A program made the position numbers and the translations under genes. Positions 40,065 through 49,864 of a DNA stretch of 64,000 nucleotides are shown in pieces (positions within the stretch are counted from its first letter, which is position 1; each line of letters begins with the position of its first letter). This DNA is from an uncultured Chthonomonadaceae bacterium (GTDB taxonomy: Bacteria > Armatimonadota > Chthonomonadetes > Chthonomonadales > Chthonomonadaceae). Location: assembly GCA_963817895.1 (NCBI GenBank), contig CAWFQB010000007.1:1-64000 (forward strand), in the 5' to 3' direction. A model generated the notes under the pieces. That model did no database searches. It was not told where the DNA came from and saw only the letters and a list, made by a program, of their open reading frames with translations.

Positions 40065-40135
40065 AATAGCCCTCAATGGATGGCGTCCACTTGTAGACAT
40101 ACCCCTTCTCCCAAAGAAGCCTAAGCGAAGGGGAA
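40065..40135. repeat. REP-like element related to 11272, 55792 and 59801
   Basis: aatagccctcaa..ggcgtccacttgtagaca..ccccttctccc..gaagggga. Confidence 0.6.
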
Positions 40136-40185
40136 CTCATAAAGGCAGACGCTAACTACTATTTCACTACGGGACACATTTTGTC

Positions 40186-40284
40186 AGGGGTTGAAAACCC
40201 CTGTCTACATGGCCTGCGGCCAAGCGTCCTTCGGACGCAAATGCTTGTTTACAGTCTCTCGCGTCCGAAGGACGTTTGGCGGAA
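40186..40284. repeat. REP-like hairpin cluster
   Basis: aggggttgaaaacccct hairpin; ccaagcgtccttcggacgc with its inverted partner gcgtccgaaggacgtttgg; 35 bp shared with the MITE at 25984. Confidence 0.6.
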
Positions 40285-40353
40285 CGCCACTCAGACGGGT
40301 ATTTTCAATACCCGGAAACAAGGCGAGCGGTAGTGAAACCGCTATTCAACACT

Positions 40354-41205
40354 ATGGAACTATCAATTCTTTATCGGGGGCCGCTGTCGAGCTGCAATTA
40401 TGGCTGCGATTACTGCCCGTTCGCCAAGCATGTGGAGACGGATGCGGAACATGCGGCGGACGCGGCGGCTTTGCAGCGATTTGTGAATTGGATTACCGGG
40501 CGCGAAGAGGATCAGTTGTCGGTTCTGTTCACGCCGTGGGGTGAGGCATTGGTACGCAAACGGTATCAACGCGCCCTTGTCCATTTGACCAATCTGCCGC
40601 AAACCCGCAAAATCGCTATTCAAACCAATTTATCCTGCCGGCTGGAATGGACGGAAGAGTGCGACAAACAGAAATTGGGATTGTGGGCGACCTATCATCC
40701 GACGCAAACCACACGCGAGTTCTTTTTAGGTCAGTGCCGCAAACTGGACTCGCTTCAGGTGCGGTACAGCGTGGGCGTGGTTGGCATGAAGGAGCATCGG
40801 GACGATATTGAAGCCATGCGCCGGGAACTGCCGCCGCATGTGTACCTGTGGATAAACGCCTACAAGCGCGAAGCTAACTACTACAGCGACGACGAACTGC
40901 GCCACTTCACGCGGATTGACCCGCTTTTCCCCATCAACAACACGCGCCACCCCTCGCAGGGACTCGCCTGCCGCGCGGGAGACAGCGTTATCTCCGTAGA
41001 CGGGGACGGAACCATGCGCCGCTGCCACTTCATCAAAACTCCGATTGGCAACCTGTACGCCCCCGATTTTGCCGACTGTCTGCGTCCCGCCCCCTGTACC
41101 AACAAAACCTGCGGCTGCCACATCGGCTATGTCCACATGCCGCATTTGAAGCTGTACGAGGTGTTTGGGGAGGGCGTTTTGGAAAGGATGAGGGATGAAG
41201 GATGA
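40354..41205 (+). CDS. STM4011-family radical SAM protein (intact)
   Basis: ILYRGPLSSCNYGCDYCPFAK, FTPWGEAL, IQTNLS, LWATYHP, YLWINAYK; Cys-rich C-terminus (CRAG..RRCHF..C...TCGCHIGYVH). Confidence 0.88.
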   Translation: MELSILYRGPLSSCNYGCDYCPFAKHVETDAEHAADAAALQRFVNWITGREEDQLSVLFTPWGEALVRKRYQRALVHLTNLPQTRKIAIQTNLSCRLEWTEECDKQKLGLWATYHPTQTTREFFLGQCRKLDSLQVRYSVGVVGMKEHRDDIEAMRRELPPHVYLWINAYKREANYYSDDELRHFTRIDPLFPINNTRHPSQGLACRAGDSVISVDGDGTMRRCHFIKTPIGNLYAPDFADCLRPAPCTNKTCGCHIGYVHMPHLKLYEVFGEGVLERMRDEG

Positions 41206-41315
41206 AGGATGAAGGCAATGCCTTTTCTCTACTTGCCTTCCCCACGTTGAGGATGGGGCTATAAAGAAGCGCATCCTCTTCATCCCTCATCCTTCATCCC
41301 TCATCCTTCATCCTT
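41185..41315. repeat. Heptamer inverted-repeat element (GGATGAA)n ... (TTCATCC)n
   Basis: Arms at 41185-41214 and 41278-41315 between convergent stops; the STM4011-like stop codon lies inside the left arm. Confidence 0.85.
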
Positions 41316-41317
41316 TG

Positions 41318-42439
41318 CTACGTTTCCATCACCGGCTGATACTCGTCGGGATTGTCGAAACCGGCCAACCACGCGGCGGCGCGGCGGCACGTTCGGATTT
41401 CGGGCGGGACGCGCAGCATGTACTCTCGCTCGGTTGAAGGACAGGAAACGGACAGGCAGACGAGCGGTTCGTCACCGGCAATGGGAACGCGCAACAGGCT
41501 TCGCTTTCCGCCGGGATCGGTGTCCGTGTCCAGAACCTCTGCTTTCGCCTGCGCCATGAAGACCTCGTAGCCCATGCGTTCCATCAGGACGCGGCGCAAT
41601 TCCACATTCACCGTTTGCAGTATCTCATTGGGCTGAATGGTTTCCGGCTCAAAGGCGATACGGCGGTCAATGGTCACGCCGCGCCAGCGGATTTGCGCGT
41701 TCGCCACGCCCGGCGGCAGGGACGTGATGCCCGTATTGGCGATATCAATCCATGAGCGAACCCGCAGAGAGGGCGGCAAATCGGTAATGTTGGCGCAGCC
41801 GCTCAGGTCGAGTTGGGATATGTCCGTAAGCCAGTCGGGAAGGGCCGTGAACTGCATACAGCCCCGCGCCACTAATCGGCCTATCTGCACAGTGGCGTGT
41901 CGAGGCCAATGATGCATGCCCAGACAGCCGGAAATATCCAGAAACGAAACGTCCAGCCCCTCCGGCAGGGTTTCCAGACTGGTACAATCGCGCAGCAGCA
42001 GAGAACCGACTTTCAGGCCGACAGGCAACGTTTCCAACACTACGCAGCCGCTGCAATCCAGCCGAAAATCTACGCGCAGGTCGGAAGGCAGACCGTGCAG
42101 AAGCGTGTTGTTCAGGTTCAGTTCATTGCAATGCAGGCCATTTGGAAGGCTTTTCAATCCGGTGCAGCCCGTCAGGTTGAGACAGCGCGTTTTCAGGCCG
42201 TCGGGCAGAGTTTCCAGCGTGTCGCAGCCGCTCAAATCAATGTTGTCAGCCTGCAAACCGGCGGGCAGGGTAGTCAGCCAGTTTCCCCCGCTCAACACAA
42301 GTGAACCGGAAACGCGCAGGTTGGTGGGAGCGCGGTCTTTCAAAATCAACGCTGCCGCCTCTTTTGCCGGAACAGGCGCGTTGTTTTCTGAGGATGTAGT
42401 ATTGAATTCAATATCGCGGTCAAGGAGCAGGGCAGTCAT
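41318..42439 (-). CDS. LRR-repeat protein with C-terminal DUF6745-like domain
   Basis: Repeated LxxLPxGL/LDLSGC units, then NVELRRVLMERMGYE.F and V.CPSTEREY.LRVPP....C..A.AW..G; GGAG RBS before ATG 42439. Confidence 0.82.
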   Translation of the reverse strand: MTALLLDRDIEFNTTSSENNAPVPAKEAAALILKDRAPTNLRVSGSLVLSGGNWLTTLPAGLQADNIDLSGCDTLETLPDGLKTRCLNLTGCTGLKSLPNGLHCNELNLNNTLLHGLPSDLRVDFRLDCSGCVVLETLPVGLKVGSLLLRDCTSLETLPEGLDVSFLDISGCLGMHHWPRHATVQIGRLVARGCMQFTALPDWLTDISQLDLSGCANITDLPPSLRVRSWIDIANTGITSLPPGVANAQIRWRGVTIDRRIAFEPETIQPNEILQTVNVELRRVLMERMGYEVFMAQAKAEVLDTDTDPGGKRSLLRVPIAGDEPLVCLSVSCPSTEREYMLRVPPEIRTCRRAAAWLAGFDNPDEYQPVMET

Positions 42440-42458
42440 GGCAGATTCTCCGTTCAGA

Positions 42459-42571
42459 GGTGGTTGGTGACTGGTGGTTGGTGGTTGGTGGTTGGTAACT
42501 GCGTCTGCGGAAATGCGCGAAACCTTTAACCAGTACAACCAATCACCAGTCACCAGTCACCAACCACCAAC
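42459..42571. repeat. Heptamer inverted-repeat element (GGTGGTT)n ... (CACCAAC/CACCAGT)n
   Basis: Arms at 42459-42496 and 42538-42571, between two co-directional genes. Confidence 0.85.
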
Positions 42572-42868
42572 TCAGTCAATCACGCGGCGAATGGCAGTGG
42601 GCGTGTATTCGCGCTGGAACCAGAACTTGTAAAGACCCTGCGGCAGCGTGATAGGCTTGTGTTCCTGATGCACAATGCGGGCGGTGTCGCCGGTCACTTC
42701 CAGAAACATTTCGCCCTGATGCTCCCACAGAATGGCGGTTGCGCCATCCTCAATGCGGTGGCTGTGTCCGGTCAGTTCGCCCCGCGCCAGAATGGTGGTT
42801 GCGCGGCGTTTCGCGCTTTCGGGAAGAGCGGGCGCAGCCGCAATCAGAATATCTCCGTGTCTCCACAT
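42572..42868 (-). CDS. Small 98-aa His-motif protein (RHGD..GELTGHSH..HQEH..QREY)
   Basis: AAGGA RBS before ATG 42868; clustered His/Glu residues suggest metal binding; directly upstream of the DUF6745-like gene. Confidence 0.8.
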   Translation of the reverse strand: MWRHGDILIAAAPALPESAKRRATTILARGELTGHSHRIEDGATAILWEHQGEMFLEVTGDTARIVHQEHKPITLPQGLYKFWFQREYTPTAIRRVID

Positions 42869-43151
42869 GTCGTTCGTCCTTTCTTGCAGGCCGGAAGTAG
42901 AAGCAGTATTCCGGCGGGCGGTGAAGCGAGTGATACGACTGTTACTGTGAGGCCGGAGCGAAAAGAGGAAGACTGAATTTGCAAAATGGCGCGGCGTGTA
43001 GGAAAATATCGGCGGTGTGTCGAATAGAAACACGTCGGGTAAAATAAAGGCAGGGCTACGTCGGGAAACACCGGCGACCCTGCTGTCGCCGCTTCTTTTC
43101 CTCCTTAAATGATTTACAGGCAGGGAACTTATTTGCAAGAAAGAACTTTGT

Positions 43152-44903
43152 ATGTTGTTCAAACGCCGCTCTCGTTCCTCTTTGCCGTTGTTGCGTTCTT
43201 TTCTGCCGATCACGTTGAGTTTGTGCGCGATGCTGCCGGTTGTTACCCCGCCTGCCCGCGCGCATGGCAGGTTCGCGGGTTCGGGCAGCCAGTTGTTCGC
43301 TGAAGGCAAGTTCAATCAAGCGCGGGATGCTTATGCGTCCGCCGTCAGGAGCGATCCCAAAAACCCGGTTTTGCGCGTGGGGCTGTTGCGGACGTATCTG
43401 CGTCTGGACGACTGGCAGAACTGCGTGTCCGAAGGGCAAAAATTCGTTGCCGCGCTGCCTGCCAGTGCCGACGCGCATGGCCTGCTCAGTCTGGGGCTGA
43501 TGCGGGGCGGGCGTCCCAAACAGGCCGAAACCGAGGCCTACAAGTCGCTTGCTCTGGATGCCAGAGACTACTGGGGGCTTGTGGCGCGTGGGCGCGTCCT
43601 GACCTTCAATGAGCAAAAAGGCGAGGCCCGCGAAACGCTTACCCACGCCTTTGATATGCACCCCGACTGGCCCGACGCGCCCTTTTATCTGCTTCAAACT
43701 CTGGAGGAGAAGACCGGCGACGAGGAGAGGCAAAAAATCTATAAAGCCTACCTCAAAACCAATCCCAAAGGCCACCCGCACGACCGAACGATGGATAGCC
43801 TGTCCCGCGCGATGGATACCTACAACCCCGCCAACAGTCGTGAAGCGGACAAACCGGACAAAACTACAGGCGACCCAAAACCGGACGGGGAAAAAAAGGC
43901 GGACGGCAATAAGAAACCCGGCAGGAAGAGAGAAGCGCCGACGTTCGAGGCTATCGGCGCGATCAATGAACAGAAATTGAAGGACGCGGATGAGGGCAAA
44001 ATCAAGCCTGTTACCATTACCATCCCCTTTGAGCGCCTCAAACAGGACAACCAGACGATTATCATTCCTCTGAGCATCAACGGCGTCAGTATGCGGCTGC
44101 TGTTCGATACGGGGGCGGGACACGGCATTTCCGTTACCGGGGATGCCGCCGAGCGCTTAAACCTGCCCGCCATTTACAAATCGTTCGCGCGCGGCGTGAG
44201 CGGCAAGGAAGAGATACGGGTGTGCCGCGCCAAAGAGATGAAAATCGGCGCGCAGATGTTCAAGAACATCCCCGTAGATACTACCGCGAACGCCATTTCA
44301 CCCGACTTTGACGGGCTGATCGGTGGGGCGGTATTCGAGGAGTACGCCGTCACCGTAGATTACGAGAACAACAATCTGGTGCTGACGCGGGGCAAAACGG
44401 CAGCCGCGCCCGCGCCCGAAGAGGGCAATCATATCACGACGGTTCCCTTCCACGATTTTGGCGGCTACATAATTGTGCCGCTGAAACTGGAAGATCGCAG
44501 CGAGGCGGAATGGGGATTGCTGGATACGGGGGCGCAGGGTATGGGCGTCCTCTCCTATATTACCGCGTCACAACTGGCGAAAAAACAGCATACGGACGCG
44601 CAGGCGAAAGTCCACATTAACCAACGGCTTGGGGTCGGCACAACCAACACGGGCTTCGACGCCATTTTGTTCGAGTTCGCCATTGATTTGGGGTTGGTCT
44701 ACAACGCCGGAACGCCCTTCTTCATGGAGATGAAGCCCATTTACGGCGCGTCCATGATTGACACGGAAGTGAACCGCAGTTTCGACTTTCATCTGAGCGC
44801 GATTGTGGGCATATCGTACCTTGCCGAGGCCAAGCGCGTCACGTTCGACTACCCGCGCCACCTGCTCACAATGGAGGCCGGCCCGAAAACCGCCCAACCG
44901 TAG
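43152..44903 (+). CDS. Secreted TPR-repeat protein with tandem retropepsin-like aspartyl protease domains
   Basis: Signal peptide; TPR-like helices; LLFDTGA..DGLIG and LLDTGA..AIVG..L....VTFDY. Confidence 0.85.
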   Translation: MLFKRRSRSSLPLLRSFLPITLSLCAMLPVVTPPARAHGRFAGSGSQLFAEGKFNQARDAYASAVRSDPKNPVLRVGLLRTYLRLDDWQNCVSEGQKFVAALPASADAHGLLSLGLMRGGRPKQAETEAYKSLALDARDYWGLVARGRVLTFNEQKGEARETLTHAFDMHPDWPDAPFYLLQTLEEKTGDEERQKIYKAYLKTNPKGHPHDRTMDSLSRAMDTYNPANSREADKPDKTTGDPKPDGEKKADGNKKPGRKREAPTFEAIGAINEQKLKDADEGKIKPVTITIPFERLKQDNQTIIIPLSINGVSMRLLFDTGAGHGISVTGDAAERLNLPAIYKSFARGVSGKEEIRVCRAKEMKIGAQMFKNIPVDTTANAISPDFDGLIGGAVFEEYAVTVDYENNNLVLTRGKTAAAPAPEEGNHITTVPFHDFGGYIIVPLKLEDRSEAEWGLLDTGAQGMGVLSYITASQLAKKQHTDAQAKVHINQRLGVGTTNTGFDAILFEFAIDLGLVYNAGTPFFMEMKPIYGASMIDTEVNRSFDFHLSAIVGISYLAEAKRVTFDYPRHLLTMEAGPKTAQP

Positions 44904-44907
44904 GGGA

Positions 44908-44938
44908 GTTGATAGATAATAGTTGATAGTTGATAGAG
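44908..44938. repeat. Short TTGATAG heptamer array
   Basis: gttgatagataatagttgatagttgatag; a similar array occurs near 59735. Confidence 0.5.
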
Positions 44939-44979
44939 CCTGCCAGTGAAAGGAAGGCGCATGTCCGAGAGTAACGCCT

Positions 44980-45300
44980 TTTGACTGCCCCGCAGCATCC
45001 AGTGCCAGCGTTCGCCTAACACGCTATGCCAGACGCGCCGCAGCTCCTGAGCCGAACAGTTCCACAACTGCTCCACTGTCGTGACGCCAAACTCGTTCAA
45101 ACGCCGCTTCATCGCGCTGCCAATCCCCGGCAAGTCCGTCAGCTTCAATGCAAATAGCGCGTCCGGCAGATGGTCTTCGGGCCAGATGGTCAGGCCGTCC
45201 GGCTTTTGGCAGTCCGAAGCGACTTTGGCGAGAAACACATTGGGCGCGATGCCGACCGAGCGCGTCCGCAGGACACCAGCTTTGTCCAGCCAGAGATTTT
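44980..45300 (-). pseudogene. Internal fragment of a Y-family DNA polymerase (DinB/Pol IV-like)
   Basis: SVGIAPNVFLAKVASD.QKPDGL and LTDLPGIG....RL...GV.TV.QL; the catalytic N-terminus and little-finger domain are absent. Confidence 0.75.
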
Positions 45301-45320
45301 CAATCCCTGGCGATCCCGCT

Positions 45321-47651
45321 CTATTCGGACAGAGCAACGGTCAGCATTTCGCTTTCATCATTTGGCTTGAGGAGAACGCCCTCCGTTCCTGTTTGCATCG
45401 TTCCGCCGGTTATGGAAGCAGCAGTCTGAACGCCCACCAGCAGTATTTGCCAGTTGTGGTTGGCCCCCTCTGCGCGGAATTGTATCTGTGTCCCGGTTCG
45501 GCGCGTTGTCACTGTCAGCGCCGGATTGCCGCTCAGGTCGGGAATCGTGGTGACAATCTCCTTTTCCGATTCCAATTCGTATACGCGCAGGGTCACGCCG
45601 TCTGCAAAGTCGTAATCCGGCTTGTCGTTATTGCTGCCAACCGGAATGACCGAATGGGGGCGAACCAGCAGGGGAACGCTCATAAAATCGTGCGTTTCGC
45701 GTACCCAACCCGGCCCGCTGATTACTTTGCCCGTGAAGAAGTTCGTCCATTTGCCTTCGGGAACGTAGTAGTCCACGACGCCGTTTGTGGTGAAAACGGG
45801 CGCGACGAGCAGCGAGTCACCAAGCAGATATTGCCGGTCCAGCGTGTCGCAGGCGGGATCATCGGGAAATTCCAGCATCATGGCCCGCATCGGCCGGTAC
45901 GCCCGTCCGGTGGGATTGAACCGCCTGCCCGAACAGATAGGGCATCAGGCGGCACTTCAGTTTGGTGAAAAAGCGCAGCGTGTCTACGGCCTCGTCATCG
46001 AACAGCCAGGGAACTCGGTACGACGAACTGCCGTGCAGGCGGCTGTGCGACGAAAGCAGGCCAAACGCGATCCAGCGCTTGTACACTTCGGCCGGTGGCG
46101 TGCCCTCAAAGCCGCCGATGTCGTGACTCCAGAAGCCGAAGCCGGACAGACACAGCGACAGTCCGCCGCGCAGGCTTTCCGCCATAGACTCAAAACTGGA
46201 ATAGCAGTCGCCGCCCCAGTGCACGGGAAACTGCTGCCTGCCCGCCGTTGCCGACCGCGCAAACAGAACGGCTTCTCCCCTGCCCCGCTTTTCCTCCAAA
46301 ACATCGAAGACGGCCTTATTATAAAGGTAAGAGTAGTAGTTGTGCATCTTCTGCGGGTCGGAACCATCCTGCATACACGACATCGGTGGGAATACGCTCG
46401 CCAAAATCGGTTTTGAAGCAGTCCACGCCCATGTCCAGCAGCGCGCGCAGTTTGTCGCCGTACCACTGGCAGGCGTCCGGGTTGGTAAAATCCACAATGC
46501 CCATGCCCGCCTGCCACTGATCCGTCTGCCACACATCGCCATTCGGCTTTTTGAGCAGATAACCCCCGCCTTGCCCTCCGCGAACAGCGGCGAGAGCTGC
46601 GCGATATAGGGATTGATCCAGACGCAGATGTGCAGGCCGCGCTCTTTTAGCCGTTGCAGCATGGCGGGCGGGTCGGGAAACGCGCGTGGCATCCCACTCG
46701 AAATCGCACCAGCGAAACTCACGCATCCAGAAGCAGTCGAAATGAAAAACGTGCAGCGGCAAATCCCGATCCGCCATGCCCTGTATGAAACTCGTCACGG
46801 TCTGCTCGTCATAACTTGTGGTAAACGAGGTTGTCAGCCACAGCCCGAACGACCACGCGGGCGGTAGGGCAGGCTTGCCGGTCAGGGCGCGTATATTTCG
46901 CCAGCACCTCTTTGGGCGTCGGGCCGTAAATCACAAAGTAATCCAGCGTCTGCCCTCGAACGCTGAACTGAACGCGCGAAACCTTTTCCGATGCCACTTC
47001 AAACGACACGTCTTCGGGGTGATTGACGAACACGCCGTACCCCCGGTTGGTCAGATAAAACGGCACATTCTTATACGCCTGTTCGCTGCCGGTTCCGCCG
47101 TCCCTGTTCCACGTTTCCACGACCTGCCCGTTCTTGACAAAGGCCGTAAACCGCTCGCCCAATCCATACACGCACTCGCCCACACCCAGAGCAAGCTGTT
47201 CGTGCAGATACGGCCCGTTGCCCTCGACTTCCGCCAGTCCCAGCCCTTTTTGCCCGCTTTTCGTAATGGTGTTTCCATTGCCGACAAACTCCACTCCCCA
47301 CCCTTCGCCCCGCGCCACCTTCACGGCTAAATTGCCGCTGGCGAGGGTAGCGAATTCCTTATCCGCGCTCACCGTCACGCCTGCCGCTCCTCCTGCAAGC
47401 AGCGGAAACTGCGGACTGGCTTCCCGCTCGCCGCCGAAATGCGTGACCTGTACGCAAATCACGTCCAGCAGGGGCGAGGAGTAACGCACGGTCAATAATG
47501 GACCGTCCAGCGTGTTACCCCGGTTGTGAATCCGTTTCGCGGGAACCTGAACGACAAGCGCGTCCGGCAGGGTTTCCACCTCATACGCCTGTCCCGCATA
47601 AAATGCGCGAACGCCCTTCCGCATCATCCAGTTGCCATCCGTAAACTTCAT
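45321..47651 (-). CDS. yicI: Alpha-xylosidase (GH31, YicI-like); several frameshifts in this sequence
   Basis: MKFTDGNW, GTGSEQAYKNVPFYL, HFDCFWM, VWINPYI, FKTDFGERIP, VHWGGDC, WSHDIGGFE, SHSRLHGS, QYLLGDSLLVAP, spread over 4-5 ORF pieces. Confidence 0.88.
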
Positions 47652-47667
47652 TGTCAAACCTCTTTTG

Positions 47668-47770
47668 TTTGTCTTGAACCATGATTTATGTGATTAGGTG
47701 ATTAGCATGAGGAACGCGCCTCCTCAATCATGGTAATCCGAAAATCATAAGCATCATGGTTCAAGACAAA
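47668..47770. repeat. MITE-like element with perfect 18-bp TIRs TTTGTCTTGAACCATGAT
   Basis: 47668-47685 is the reverse complement of 47753-47770; same family as 7491-7634. Confidence 0.8.
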
Positions 47771-49822
47771 TTACGTTGTTTCTTCCAGGATACGGAGTCC
47801 GCGCCCCGGCAATGTCACCGCGTCGGTAAAGGTTTCCCCGGACAGTAAATCTGTGTAACTGCCGTTAGGAAGGGTGACTTCTGAAGGGGTGGGCGCGTGG
47901 TTGAGCAGGTACAGCAGGGGGTTGTCGTTGCCCGTTACGCGCTGCGTCACTTCTACATTAGGCGGCGGAATTGCGCCCCCGGCAAGCGGGGAATGAATGT
48001 CGTGCGCGGCGCAAATGGCCTGCAAGATGGCGCGTAAACCGACTTCTTCTAATTGCGTTGCAAGAAAGTACGCGAGTCCCTGCCCTGCCCGGTTGCGGGT
48101 GAAGGCCGGCTCGTCCGCGTAGAAATCATCCGTGTACGCGCCGAGCGTTTCCGCGCCCTCCATACGCAGGCGGTCGCACAGCAGGCCGGAAGAGAATACG
48201 GTATCGGCGGCGATGCTTCCGAAAGATTGCGTCAGGCGGATGCCATTCGTTTTGGCTTGGGGAAGCGCGTCCGTTTCCTCCACGCTCAGGCCGAGGACGT
48301 CACGCAGCGGGCCGGGACTGCCGCCCTCGTGGATCAGGTCGTTTTCGTCCACCAGTCCGCTGAAAAACGTCGTCAGGAACGAGGCTCCGGCCTGAACGCG
48401 ATGTTCAATCCGCGCGGCGTCTTCCGTTCGCAGCATCGTCAGCAGGGGCGCGACAATCACCTCATAGCGGGACAAATCGGCGTCGGGCGCAACGATGTCG
48501 GTTTGTATCCCAAGATTGTGCAGCGCGCCGTAATAGGCGCGGCACACCTTCACGTAATCCAAATCCACGCTTGGCCCGCTGGAAAAGCGCAGCCCCCACC
48601 AGTTTTCCCAATCGAACAGCACGGCCACACGCGCCGGGACGCGCCCGCCCAATGTGCGACTGCCCAACTGTTCCAGTTCCCGCCCCAGTTCCGCCACTTC
48701 CCGAAACACGCGATTGTCGGGGCTGCCGCTATGCTCCACAATCGCGCCGTGCAGTTTTTCGATGCTGCCCCGTGACCGCCGCCACTGGAAATACATCACG
48801 CTGTCGGCCCCCTGCGCGATTGCCTGATAGGACTGGACACGCAAGGCTCCCGGCGGCTTCAGGGCGTTGTAGGGCATCCAGTTCTGCTGCGAGGGGCTTT
48901 GCTCCATCAGCAGAAACGGCTGGCCCTCCTTCAATCCGCGCATCAGGGCGTGGTTGAAAGCGACATTGGCTATCGGCTCTTCGGGGCGCGGGTAGTTGTC
49001 CCACGAAACCACGTCCATATCCTGCGCCCATTTGCGATAGTTGAGCGGGAAGAACGCGCCCATCAGGTTTGTGGTCACGGGAATGTCGGGCGTGATTTCA
49101 CGCAAAACCGTCGATTCCGCCTTGAAACAGTTCAGCAGGCTGTCGGACTGAAAGCGGTAATAGTCCAGTCGCAAGCCCTGCATACTGCGTTCGCCATTGG
49201 AAAACGGTGGCTCGATCTGCGACCAATCCGTGTAGGTGTGGCTCCAGAACGCCGTCACCCACCGCCGGTTCAGTTCGTCCAGACTGCCATAACGAACTTG
49301 CAGCCAATCGCGAAACGCGGACGCGCACTGTTCGCAATAACAGTACGTGCCGTACTCGTTGCTGACGTGCCACATCACCAGCGCGGGATGATCTTTGTAG
49401 CGTTCGGCAATGCGCCGCGCGATTCCGGTAGACAGACGGCGGAAGTTGGGCGAGTTCGGGCAAAAACTGTGCCTGTTGCCGTGCCTGCGCCGGTGTCCGT
49501 TCTCATCCGTGACCAGCACATCCGGGTATTTCTGGTCCAGCCACGCGGGTTGGGCGGCGGTCGCGGTGGCAAGGCAGGCCGACACGCCGCTTTTCGCCAG
49601 CCGGTCCAGAATGTCATCCAGCCAGTCAAACGTGAACGTGTTCTCGTCGGGCTGCAAACTGACCCACCCGAAAATGGGCGTAGAAACGATGTTGACATGC
49701 GCCATTCGCATCAGGCGCATATCCTCGTCCCATATCTCGCGCGGCCACTGTTCCGGGTTGTAATCCCCGCCATAAAGCACAGCAGGCAGGCGCGTCACAA
49801 AATCATCAGGCGTAGCGGGCAT
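47771..49822 (-). CDS. Beta-galactosidase (GH42)
   Basis: YGGDYNPEQW, WHVSNEYG..CYC..C, VSWDNYP, LMEQSP, YFQWR..RG..EKLHGA. Confidence 0.95.
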   Translation of the reverse strand: MPATPDDFVTRLPAVLYGGDYNPEQWPREIWDEDMRLMRMAHVNIVSTPIFGWVSLQPDENTFTFDWLDDILDRLAKSGVSACLATATAAQPAWLDQKYPDVLVTDENGHRRRHGNRHSFCPNSPNFRRLSTGIARRIAERYKDHPALVMWHVSNEYGTYCYCEQCASAFRDWLQVRYGSLDELNRRWVTAFWSHTYTDWSQIEPPFSNGERSMQGLRLDYYRFQSDSLLNCFKAESTVLREITPDIPVTTNLMGAFFPLNYRKWAQDMDVVSWDNYPRPEEPIANVAFNHALMRGLKEGQPFLLMEQSPSQQNWMPYNALKPPGALRVQSYQAIAQGADSVMYFQWRRSRGSIEKLHGAIVEHSGSPDNRVFREVAELGRELEQLGSRTLGGRVPARVAVLFDWENWWGLRFSSGPSVDLDYVKVCRAYYGALHNLGIQTDIVAPDADLSRYEVIVAPLLTMLRTEDAARIEHRVQAGASFLTTFFSGLVDENDLIHEGGSPGPLRDVLGLSVEETDALPQAKTNGIRLTQSFGSIAADTVFSSGLLCDRLRMEGAETLGAYTDDFYADEPAFTRNRAGQGLAYFLATQLEEVGLRAILQAICAAHDIHSPLAGGAIPPPNVEVTQRVTGNDNPLLYLLNHAPTPSEVTLPNGSYTDLLSGETFTDAVTLPGRGLRILEETT

Positions 49823-49864
49823 AGTAAACCTCGAAGGTTGATCGTTGTCAGGAATATTCGGGCG

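Noticed and set aside
42869..43315. N-terminal 149 aa of the 247-aa ORF 42572-43315
   Set aside because: It overlaps the divergent protease gene and intergenic DNA; the RBS and motifs support a start at 42868.
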